54,104 bases of DNA from contig NC_057726.1 of the NCBI RefSeq assembly GCF_004010195.1, positions 57,237,684-57,291,787 of the forward strand, read 5' to 3'. This document shows positions 1-10,492 of this stretch, piece after piece. Every line of letters begins with the position of its first letter. The stretch's first letter is position 1. A program made the translations under genes and the position numbers. A model generated the notes under the pieces. That model saw only the letters and a program-made list of their open reading frames with translations, did not search any database and was not told where the DNA came from. Origin of the DNA: Chiloscyllium plagiosum. Lineage: Eukaryota.

Positions 1-44
1 AGAGGGGGGGCGGGGGAGAGAGAGGGGGGGCGGGGGAGAGAGAG
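1..44. repeat. G-rich 20-bp tandem repeat (agaggggggg cgggggagag) x2, truncated by window edge
   Basis: Bases 1-20 and 21-40 are identical. Confidence 0.8.
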
Positions 45-84
45 GAAGCTTGGCACCTCCCCCCTTCAGTACAGACTCAGGTGT

Positions 85-1095
85 TTATCGCATCGAGGGC
101 GGCCATTCCGCCCATCGTATCTGCTCTGTTCAACAATGCGGGTGAATACCTAAACAGCGTTTAAATGTTTCCAGATCGCGGCAGGGCCTCCACCCCCCTT
201 CTGGGTGAAAACATCTCTCAACATTCTTCTTAACTTTCTACCTCGGGTCTGCGGCGGAGGGACGGGGGCCTCGAGGTTTTGTAGCGCCGTCAAAGCTCGG
301 AACACAGCGGGCAGCCTCGGAGAGGCCGCGGGTAAATGGAGCTGCGGCCGCTCCGGGTTCCTGCAGCTCACTGCCCGGACACTCACAGCCAGACACCGGG
401 GGGAAGGGAAGGCCAGCGACCACCTCTCCCCCGGGCAACCAGCTCCAAATAACTCAACACCGGGAACGCCTGTGAAGGAAAGGCCCCTGAGGAGCACACA
501 GCCCGGCACAATAAACCACCCTGTCACCGTCCGCTCGACCCGCCGAAATTCTGATCCAGAACATTCCAGGAGGAGGCGTAGCAAGAACCACGCATGCGTA
601 GCTTGGGAGTCTCCATGGAGAAGGGGGCGGGGGCAATAGAGCGGCGCAGGCGCATCACGCCAGCCAAAGGGGCGGGGTCTCAGGGACCGATTGAGGGAAC
701 TGGCAGCGGCGCAGTCGCGTGCATACGCGCTGGGAAAAGGGGCGGGGTCTCCCCGCAAGAGTGGAGCGGGTCTGGATCCGGAGTGACGCAGGCGTAGTTA
801 GGTGTTTCCGGACGGAATGGGCGTGGTCCCGTCGGAGGGGGCGGGGCCGAGCTGCCCGTCGCCGTGTTCCCGCCGTTACGCCGAAACTTTGCACGAGAGA
901 GGACGGAGAGTACGCGGCGGGAAAGTGCGGGGTCGGGGTTTGGCGTCCGACCCGGACGAGAGGAGCCGTGTCCGGGACCGGGCGGGGCCGCGCTTTACGA
1001 CCGAGGCTCCGCCGCCGCTGCGCCTGGGAATTTCCTGATGTTACGCCGCTGATGCACTCTGGGAAACTTCCTGCGCTCACGTGATCGCAGGCGGA
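85..1095. promoter_or_regulatory. CpG island / TATA-less housekeeping-type promoter, possibly bidirectional
   Basis: Very GC- and CpG-rich against a CpG-depleted background. GC boxes GGGGCGGGG at 624, 669, 739 and ~837; NRF1-like CGCATGCG (591) and GCGCAGGCGCA (644); CRE half-site TGACGCA (784); E-box TCACGTGA (1077). Confidence 0.8.
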
Positions 1096-1352
1096 TGTGA
1101 GGCAATTGGAAGGTTTGAGGATTCCCCTCCTCCTCCTCCTCCCCTTACAAACAATCTCCTCAAAGTTTGCTGCATCTGGCTCCACAAGGAGCAAATTCCC
1201 TTCCCATCTCTGCACAGGCTTGTTCACTGAGACTTTGCACTTGAGCATCTCTCCCCTCATCACCCCACTGAGTGCAACAGTCTCACCATCATCATCACCC
1301 TTACATCTTGTAACCCACTCCCACTATCACCCAACAAGAGACATAGGACACT

Positions 1353-2510
1353 ATGGCATTCCCCATGGGCATTCCTCTCTACACAATTATTGTGGAAGAT
1401 GAGGAGGAGGAGGAGCAGCAGCGAATGGAGGCCAAGAGGATACGGCAGCATGGCAAAAGACATCACCCAACCAGGTACTATCCACCTCAGCGTATCTACA
1501 GGCAACGCAGGTCCTTTGAGGACCTGTCGGAGGATCTCTGCATTCGGAGGGTGCGATTATCTAAGGGTGCCATTGCCAATCTGTGTGAACTCCTTCGTGA
1601 AGATCTTCAGCCGCACTCCACTGCCAGGACAGCCTTGTCTGTTGAAATGAAAGTGACCACCGCTCTGAATTTTTTTGGCACTGGATCCTTTCAAGGCGCC
1701 ACAGGGAACATGTGCAATATCAGCCAAGGAGCGGTGAGGGCAGCTATTCAACAGGTCACGGATGTGCTCTTTAACAGAGCTCCAGGATTCATCAACTTTG
1801 GCATCACGCCGAGGCAACAGAGGGAACGAGCGAAGGAATTCTGTTACATTGCGGGATTTCCCAAAGTTCAAGGTGCCATAGGTGGCACCCATGTAGCACT
1901 GAAGGCACCAGCAGAACAGCCACTTATATTTGTGAATAGGAAAGGATTCCACTCATTAAATGTTCAAATTGTCTGCGATGCTCACCAGAAGATCCTGTAT
2001 GTAAATGCTAAGCATGCAGGAAGCTGTCATGATGCTGTAATTGTACAGCACTCAACTCTCCCTGACCTCTTCCATGAAGATAACCACGTTCAAGGATGGC
2101 TTCTTGGAGACCAGGCATACGCATTGCAAACGTGGCTCATGCCTCCACTCAGCCAACCGAAAACCCAGGCCGAGGAAGCGTACAACAAAGCACAGGCAGC
2201 AACGCGGGCTGTGGTGGAGAGGACCATAAGACTGTTAAAAAGCAGGTTTCGTTGCCTGGATAGATCCAGTGGAGCTCTGCAATACACACCCCAAAGGGTG
2301 GCACGAATTGTCATAGCATGCTGCGTGCTGCACAATTTTGCGCTGCAGGAAGGCCACCTATTTAACATAGATGATGAGGAGCCACTGCTGCCTGAGGAAA
2401 GGGAGTTGCAGGCCCCCCCGTTTGAGGAGGATGAACAGTTGGAGGATTCATCTCTGATTGCTGCGAGGGCCATCCAAAATCAGATTGTGCAGGAAGAGTT
2501 CAGCCATTGA
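1353..2510 (+). CDS. Harbinger/PIF transposase-derived nuclease (HARBI1-like, DDE_Tnp_4 family), intronless, 385 aa; first catalytic Asp replaced by Gly
   Basis: Uninterrupted ORF with Kozak ACTATGG. Harbinger motifs: ALSVEMKVTTALNFFGTGSFQ (HTH region), FPKVQGAIGGTHV, FVNRKGFHSLNVQIVCD, GSCHD, WLLGDQAY, RAVVERTIRLLKSRFRCLD, CCVLHNF. AATAAA at 2726-2731. The N-terminus does not resemble canonical HARBI1, so no symbol is given. Confidence 0.9.
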   Translation: MAFPMGIPLYTIIVEDEEEEEQQRMEAKRIRQHGKRHHPTRYYPPQRIYRQRRSFEDLSEDLCIRRVRLSKGAIANLCELLREDLQPHSTARTALSVEMKVTTALNFFGTGSFQGATGNMCNISQGAVRAAIQQVTDVLFNRAPGFINFGITPRQQRERAKEFCYIAGFPKVQGAIGGTHVALKAPAEQPLIFVNRKGFHSLNVQIVCDAHQKILYVNAKHAGSCHDAVIVQHSTLPDLFHEDNHVQGWLLGDQAYALQTWLMPPLSQPKTQAEEAYNKAQAATRAVVERTIRLLKSRFRCLDRSSGALQYTPQRVARIVIACCVLHNFALQEGHLFNIDDEEPLLPEERELQAPPFEEDEQLEDSSLIAARAIQNQIVQEEFSH

Positions 2511-3874
2511 CGATGTAGCAGTTTTCTCTTTCTTTGTCAAATACCAAGCAAGTTATCTTCCTTGAAACCACTACCAACCTTAGTACATGACTGCTGAGCA
2601 GCCCTCAATGCCCAAAAAGCACTGTGACAATATTTATGACCGGAGTATATATGTTCACGCCAGTTAAATGTTCCTGTTCTGAAATGACTTTGTTATTCAC
2701 GAGTGACCAGTGCAAAATGTACAGTAATAAAGACATGTTGTACAGTAGAAGCAAATGGATATAGTGCTTGTTATTTACATCCTGATTCATCTTGATGATA
2801 GGCTATCACTTCCGATCTCAGTCATTGGTTACTACTGCTTTGTACAACCTGAGGGCCAGGCTGACAGGTGATGAGTGGCACCACCTGCTGTACTGAAGGG
2901 GCCATAGGACTGAAGTGGCTGTCAACCCATTGGCGGCTGGGGCGTATTGAGGAGCTGCTGCTGGCTGTTTATCTGGACGGAGCTCATGGGCAGCCTGGTC
3001 TCGTCTATTGTCATCAAAGCGTGAGGAGGACTGGCATATGCCATTGTCCTGAGAGGTGCCAGGATCAGGCAGGTGGATTTGAGTCATCAAATGGAGCTTA
3101 AGCTGCCCACTGCACTTTCAGGCCAGAACACAATTAGGCCAGAACTTGCACCACCTCATATGTAGCTGTTTACCCAGGAAATTTGCATGAGATACCTGCT
3201 CCTGCTTGTGAACAGCATAACTTTCTAATGCAGTGGACGTAGCAAATTGCAGTATTAACAGCATTGTTTTGGGTAATTGGATTGTTTGCAAACTGCTCTT
3301 TCAAATCTCTAGCAAATGTAGGTGTAGTGTTTACATAATGAATGCAAAACTTTTCTAAACTCATAACGCTAATTGTTTTGCAAATATAATGGATCTCCCC
3401 ATACCTGTCAAAGGGAGTGTTCTGTGATAATTCTCACATTTGCTCAAGGATGCACTGGTGTTTGCAGTGAATGTGTCTTCTCCTGTTTGACTTTGTGCAT
3501 TAAATAACTTCAAGTCACTAATGGACAAAACAGCAAAATACTATTTACGGTAACCACTAACTTTAACTTAATAGCTGTACGTTTTACTATTCCTATGAAG
3601 TAGAAAATGTCAGTGTTAGTGAACTGATGGATCAAAATGGACTTGAAGTAAAATCCTCCAGGATTACATATAATAAGGTTGTTCACCTGCTTACTACATC
3701 AATTACAAATACAGTAGCACTATGTCAAATATGCACACTGCATGTAGCTGTGCTGTAGCTTGTAGCTCTACTTTGGAGGAGAAATCTCTAAATCTGGTGC
3801 ATTGTAAATAAGGGAGGGCTCTTGTCAGAAGTAATTGTTTTTAGACCATTCCTGAGATTTAGAGAAAATAATCT

Positions 3875-4100
3875 AAGCTAACACTTCATTGTGCACTGTG
3901 GGAGGTCAGAGATGTTGAAGCTTGGCCTATCGGTCCTTTCAGTGGTTGTCAAAGATCCAGGAACATTATTTAAAGAATGGCTGCAGAGCTTTCTTGGCTA
4001 ACATTTATCCTACAGCCAACACCATTAAAATGGAATATCTGTTGCCATATCTCATTGCTGTTTGCCTTGCATTGCAACAGTGAATACACTACAAAAAAAG
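3875..4100 (+). mobile_element. Ancient Deu-domain SINE (SacSINE1-like) remnant
   Basis: Degenerate resemblance to the DeuSINE core (aaagatcc...gcactattt...aacatttatccc...tctcattgctgtttg), recognised from memory. Confidence 0.45.
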
Positions 4101-4639
4101 TACTGTACCCCATTGGTACTGAACCATCAGGGTGCCCTGATCTAAATGGTGCTACCTTAACACAGATTTTTCTTTTTATATACTGGCATTATATTGGGGT
4201 TCCTTGCTGAATGCTTCATGAGTCCGAGCATCAGGATTACAGTGTGCAGAAGCACATAAGATTTACTGAGCAGAAGGAGACCATTTGACCATATGGCTCT
4301 CCCATATCTGTCAGTGCTGCCTGCTGCACAGAGAATGTTAAAAGGCTATTCAAGTGAAATTTCCACTTCTGTCAGCCTGAACAAAACAGGAATGTTACAG
4401 CACAAGAAATGGGTAGGGAGAACTTAAAGGACAATTACAAAATTGTGATGTAAATCAGAAATTGTCAGAAGTGCAGATCAGATTCCGAAAGAGAAATCAA
4501 GTGAGAATTTACTCTTCAAGAGGTTGATTGGGTTTTTTAGAATTAGTTTTTTTAATGAAGCATGTGTTAATTCCTGCATCCTAAAGTTCCATGTATAATG
4601 TTTCTTCTAAATCAGTGCTAACCATATGCAGATTAGTTT

Positions 4640-6250
4640 GAATTACTGAAAACTCTCATACTTAAGAAACAGGAACAGGATGTGTGGTTCTTTGAGTCTG
4701 CTTCATCATTCAAGATTTTTCCTTGGCCTTAACTCCCTTTTCCTTGGCCTTAACTCCCTTTCGAATTCCATCCATCATATTCTGTGATTTTCCTAGAGTC
4801 CAAAAATCTGTTTATCTCGGCTGTGAATATAATGAATGAATGAACGTTCACAGCTTGGGTACAGAATTCCAAACATTCATAACCTTCTAAGTGAGGAAAT
4901 CTCATTTCAGTCTGAAATAGCCATTACCTTATTCCAGGACTGTGCCCTAATCCCAAGCATTCCTGCCAAGGGAAAAATTGCCCTTCAGCATCTACCTTGT
5001 CAAGTCCTCGTATGTTTGCACGATATCATCTTTTATTCTTTAATACTGCAAAGTATTAAAAAGTATTACTGCAAAGTATGGGCCCATTCTACTTTTGTAG
5101 GACAATGTCTTATCCCTAGGAATCTAGTCAGCCTTTATTGCGCCATGGTGGGTGGCACAGTGGTTAGCACTGCTGCCTCACAGCGCCAGAGACCCAGGTT
5201 CAATTCCTGTCTCAGGCAACTGGCAGTATGGAGTTTGCACATTCTCCCCGTGTCTGCGTGGGTTTCCTCCCACAGTCCAAAATTGTGCAGGTTAGGTGAA
5301 TTGGCCATGCTAAGTTGCCCGTAGTGTTAGGTGAAGGGGTAAATGTAGGGGAATGGGTCAGGGAGGGTTGATGTGGACTTGTTGGGCCGAAGGGCCTGTT
5401 TCCACACTAAGCAATCTAATCTAATCTAAATGTAAAGAAAATCATTTATTTTGAGGAATAAAACTCTGCATGATATTCTACGTGCAGTCTCTCAAAAACC
5501 TGTACAAATGCAGCTAGAATTCCCCTCATTTATTTTCAAAAGCCCCTTGCAATACATGCCTGTGTATCATTTACCTTTGTAATTACTTGCTGTATCTACT
5601 GTATATGTGAACTTTCTGTGTATCTCGTACAGGACATCAACATCCTTCTGAACACCAATATTTAACAGTTCCTCACCATTAAAAGGAAATATCTGAAGTA
5701 AATAACTTCACATTTCCCCATACTATTATTCACCTTGTTGTTCTCTCACCTAATCTATATCCCATAACAGACCTATCTTCCTCAGAGCTCATTTTACCAC
5801 CTAGCTTTGTGTTGTCAGTAAACATGGATATATTACACCCAAGCCTTTCATATAAGTCATTAATAGAGGTTGCAGATAGATGAGACAGCATTGCTAATCC
5901 CCGCAGTACCATGCTAGTTCCTTTTTGTAAAACCATGTTGCTTTTGTCAAATCATGCTATGATCTGCTAAGTGCAATATGACTTCCTTAATAATAAATCC
6001 CAGCTGATGTTAGGTTAGCTGGCCTGTACCTTATTTTGGGTAATTCCCTATTTTCTATCTCCTTTTTATTTGATTAGCGTTGTGACATCCAATTTCCTAT
6101 TGGGACCATTCTAGAATCTGGAGAGTTTGGAAAGTCATTGCCAGTGCAACTGCCTCTAGAGCCCTCAGATAGACACCATCAGGCATTGAAGGTGTGTTGG
6201 ATTTTATTTCAAGATTCTCCAACATGTTTTCTCCGCTGATATTAATTACC
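4640..6250 (-). mobile_element. Old CR1/HER1 LINE 3' fragment, interrupted by an HE1 SINE
   Basis: Minus-strand RT remnant INDLYERLGCNISMFTDNTKLGG (degenerate FADDTKLGG) at 5730-5936, with CR1-type 3' tail near 4650-4760. Confidence 0.6.
5147..5430 (+). mobile_element. HE1-type tRNA-derived V-SINE
   Basis: Box A/B head (tggttagcac...ggttcaattcc), V-domain (tggagtttgcacattctccccgtgtctgcgtgggtttcc), LINE-derived tail gggcctgtttccacact and (aatct)n end. Confidence 0.9.
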
Positions 6251-9200
6251 TTGAATTCTCATTGCTTGGCTGTCTATTCCCCCTGTTTAACCATCTGTAT
6301 GCCTTTTCCGTTGGTCTAAACAAGTTCAGAATTTTCTCTCCTCAAACCTGTATAATTGGCTTTCATTAAATTTAAAATTTTTATCTGCAACTCGCAAATG
6401 TTGCTTTCAAACTTGGAATTTAATTATATTCTGCTGAAATTACTAATTAAAACCCGCCCCATTATATGATGCTAAATCCAAGTTGCTTTATCCCAAGTTA
6501 GTTCCACAACATATTGTTCTAAGAAATTATTGTGAAATTATTCCCCCAATTTGGCACCACCCTCTTGACCTGTCCATCATCTTTCCCATCTATCCGCTCC
6601 ACCTTCCTCTCCGACCTATCACGTGCTTTTTCAGCACCACACTCTCGACTCTGATCTCCAACATCTGCAGTCCTCACTTTCTCCTTCCAGACCATCTTTG
6701 CTTATTTGATGCAACAGTCGATACAGAGATTAATTACACCACAATTTTCAATTGCCTTTTGCTCCAAGCTCTGATTATTTCTTCCTCAATGCTCTGTTGA
6801 GTGGTAGTACAGGGATCCTATAAACTACTCCCACCAGTGTTTTCTCATCATTGCTATTTCTAATCTTTGTAAAGATTTTACTTTGTGATCTTCTGAACCA
6901 GATCCGCTTTGAGTGATGTCGTTATGTCATCCTGTGGCTTTGGGACTACACCTCCCTTTCCTTTCTGTTTGTTTTTTCAGAGTGTTGTGTACCCTGAAAT
7001 GTTTATTTTCCCAGCCTTGGTTACATTGCAATCTTGTCTCTGTAATGGCAATTAGATATAAACCATTTATCCCTATTTGTGCCACTAATTCATCTACTTT
7101 ATTGAAAATATATTGTTCATTCAGATAAACGTTTTTTTCACTACTGTTGTTTGCATGGTCCTTATTCACTTACGCCTTGTTGTCTTTAAACACTACGTCC
7201 TGCTCCATTTATCATTATTTACATAATTAAAATTTTTTGTTGTCTTGACCTTTACTTTAGATTTCTAACTCTCCATTTGCCTTGAACCCTGTCCCTTCTT
7301 TCTCTAGTTTAATAGCATATTCTCAAGCCCTGTCAGACAATTCACCAGGACAATATTCTTTGCACAATTTAAATGGAACAATGGAACAACTATTCCTTAA
7401 ATGACTACTGATGCCACTGATCCATTAATCTTTAATCTGCTTGGCCCTATGCTAAGAAAATATTTATTTCAATATTCACAAATCTTCCACTAGCATAGTA
7501 TCTGTTAACCTAATTTTCAAATCTACCTCAGTCAGTTTGACACTAAGATTTATGTAATTGGCTTTGTTTGAGTTCAGTACTTTAGCTTGGGACTTTGTGT
7601 GTTCCTCAAACTCAGTGTGAGTTCTATCACATGCTTACTGTTTCCCAAAGGGTCCATTACTATGCGATTACTAATTAACCCCAACATAAAGATCCCAATT
7701 CCCTGGATTGCTCAAAGATATATTATTTTGGGAAACTGAAATGCATTTTATAAGCTTATCTTCTAAACTAATTTTACTGAAATATTTTGTCAAATGTAAC
7801 AGAAGTTTAAACTCCCCTCTGAATACTGCATTGTTTTTGATAAAATCTATAATAATAGCTTTGTCCAAAAGACGTTTTAGTGGACTAGTTTTAGGGGCAT
7901 ATTTTTGGTAGGTTCATATGGCTGGTGAGGCATATCAGGCCTATGGACAACTGTAGGACCTCTTGCATAGGTAGGGACGTGGGATAAGGTGATGATGGTA
8001 TAGAACGGTGAGCAGTGGAAGGTAAAGAGAGTCCAACGACAAAGATACCAAGATTGTAGATAATTTTCTTTCATGAGTGATGGGGGTCCAAAAGTGGGAT
8101 GGCAATGGTAGGTAGAAGGTATGGAATTTGTATGATTTAGAGGTGGATGCCATCTGGTGGATGAGATAATGGATTTGATTACATATGGTAAAATCAAAAT
8201 AATTATTTGGTGGTACTTATCAATTGGATGCTTTTCAACATGCTGAAAATTAGGATTCACCAGATTTGAATGAAAAAAGTCAAATGTTCTTAGGTTAATT
8301 AAATAAATGCACTAATGTTGGTTCTATAGACAAAGATTATAAAATTCTTTCACCTCCAGAGTTTCTACAGTCAACCTTCAATGACAATTCCATCTCACAA
8401 CCTTAAAGTCCACGAAGGAGCAGTTACAATGTTGCTTGAATCCTAAACAAGGATTTTGCCATGGAACAAGAATCATGATGGTAGATGCTGAAATTACACA
8501 ACAAGTAAATTTCAAGGAAATAGTGTTTTTATTTCTTAAAAAGAAATTGAACCCATCAGATGTAAAACTGCCTTTTCAACTCAGGAGAAATCAATTCCCA
8601 ACTTATTATTACTTTTATTATAATTAAAAAGTCACAAGGCCAGAATCTTGACAAAGTTTGTGTTTGTATCCCGAGATCTGATTTTACACGTGGACAGCTC
8701 TATGTAACTTCTTCTGGAGTGCAAAGTTTTGATTTTGTTAGAGTCTTTGGTGAAAGAATAGCTAGTAATCCTGTATTTAAAGAAATATTGTTGAAATAAA
8801 GATATCAATTTGACTGTAAGTTTTCAGGTTTCTGCTAGTTTCCTCTTATTTGTTGATTGGTTCACCGCCCAAAAGTGTAGCTCCTATCATTATAAGTTAT
8901 TCTCACTCATATTTATTTCTTTTTCTATCCATATTGGTGCTACTTCTCTTCAAAGCCAAGATCCGTCCAAACTACTGACTCTGATGCCAACCTTTCATAT
9001 CTAGCCTTGTCCATTTTACCTGTAACATTTTGAAATGTCAAGTACTCTGGAACATTTAGTTTCCAGCCATGGTCTCTGTGCAACTACGTCATTCAGATGG
9101 ACATTAGATCAAGCACAGTAATCACGAACTGTCTCTTGCATTGGCATTGTGTATTCACATGAAGCACTCCTAATTTTACCTTATTGTTTTGTCTGAACAG

Positions 9201-10177
9201 TTTGATTAAAAAATATCTATCTTTACCATTTTCCTTGATTTGACCTTATTTCACAGATGCACTGTTAGAGTTAAAACATTTTGTTCCTTCCTGACACAAT
9301 GTCTATCTTGATGCAAATTGTTGCACAACTTTATGGCCTTCACTTTACTCCTCAGGTGTATAAATGGCCCATTCATTGTACCCTCCCTATATATTTCTCC
9401 ATCGACAGCCCTAATTATAACTTTGCCAGGATATTAGCTCAAAACCTGGTTTAAATAGAGCCCACCCCAATGGGAAAACTCATTCTTTCTCCACTACTGG
9501 TGTCTGTGTCATGTGAATCAAAAATCCGCTCTCCCCACCATTCTTTTGATCATACACTCTACCTGATCTGTTTGAACACCTGCCTATTTGGATTAGGTAA
9601 CGATTCAGAGATTATTACCTTGGCGGTTCTGCTTATTAATTTGAAATGTCACCCCTCGAACTGGTAAGATCATCATGCCTTGTTCCACATGTGCCAACTG
9701 ATTTTTCAGCATCTCCAGTTGGAAGGAGATATCTTTAACTGTAGCATTGATCAGGCATCACATCCTTTGGGCACTTGGATTCACACTTGCAGATAAGAAT
9801 ATCTTTTGATGACTATACTGCCTCTAGTATGTTCCATTTCACTGCCCTGGTGAAATGGCCCTCTGTACTGTGGCCAGTTGGCTCATCCTTCCCGAAGACT
9901 TTGTCTTCATTGATGAAGGCATCAAGAGAACCTTGCACCTACAAAGGAAAATACTGCAGATGCTGGAAACCTGAATAATAAAAAAAATGCTGGCAGTACT
10001 GAGCAGGTCAGGCAGCGTCAGAGAAAACTAAAAGCTGAAACCTCTGGGACTACCTGGACCTTTTAGAAGGACAAAGTCAGGGAACTTATTTGGGTATGAG
10101 GCTGAAATTCTGTTTCCAACAGCAGGTTATAGTTTTTCTATTTAGCTCTCAGAATATGTCAGGCAGGGCAGCTTTTG

Positions 10178-10492
10178 GTGGGTGGCACAGTGGTACAGTG
10201 GTTAGCACTGCTGCCTCAAAGTGCCAGGGACCCAGATTCAATTCTCTCTTGGGCGACTGTCTGTGGAGTTTGCACATTCTCTCCGTGTCTGCATGGGTTT
10301 CCTCCGGGAGCTCCGGTTTCCTCCCATAGTCCAAAGATGTGCAGGTTAGGTGAATTGGCCATGCTAAATTGCCCATGGTGTTAGGTGAAGGGGTAAATGT
10401 AGGGGAATGGGTCTGGATGGGTTGCTCTTCGGAGGGTTGGTGTGGACTTGTTGAGCCAAAGGGCTTGTTTCCACACTGTAGGGAATCTAATC
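10178..10492 (+). mobile_element. HE1-type V-SINE, full length
   Basis: Same head, V-domain and tail as the 5147 copy. Confidence 0.9.

Noticed and set aside
150-1263. Several 60-200 aa ORFs on both strands in the CpG island
   Set aside because: Arg/Pro/Gly-rich products with no domains, as expected from stop-poor GC-rich DNA.
1353-2510. Calling the ORF the true HARBI1 orthologue
   Set aside because: The N-terminus, length and intronless structure differ from vertebrate HARBI1 as I recall it; only family-level similarity is supported.
4717-4758. 21-bp tandem duplication ttttccttggccttaactccc
   Set aside because: Simple slippage duplication within a decayed CR1 tail.
5147-5225. tRNA gene at HE1 SINE heads
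   Set aside because: The box A/B region continues into the SINE body; it is a tRNA-derived head, not a functional tRNA.
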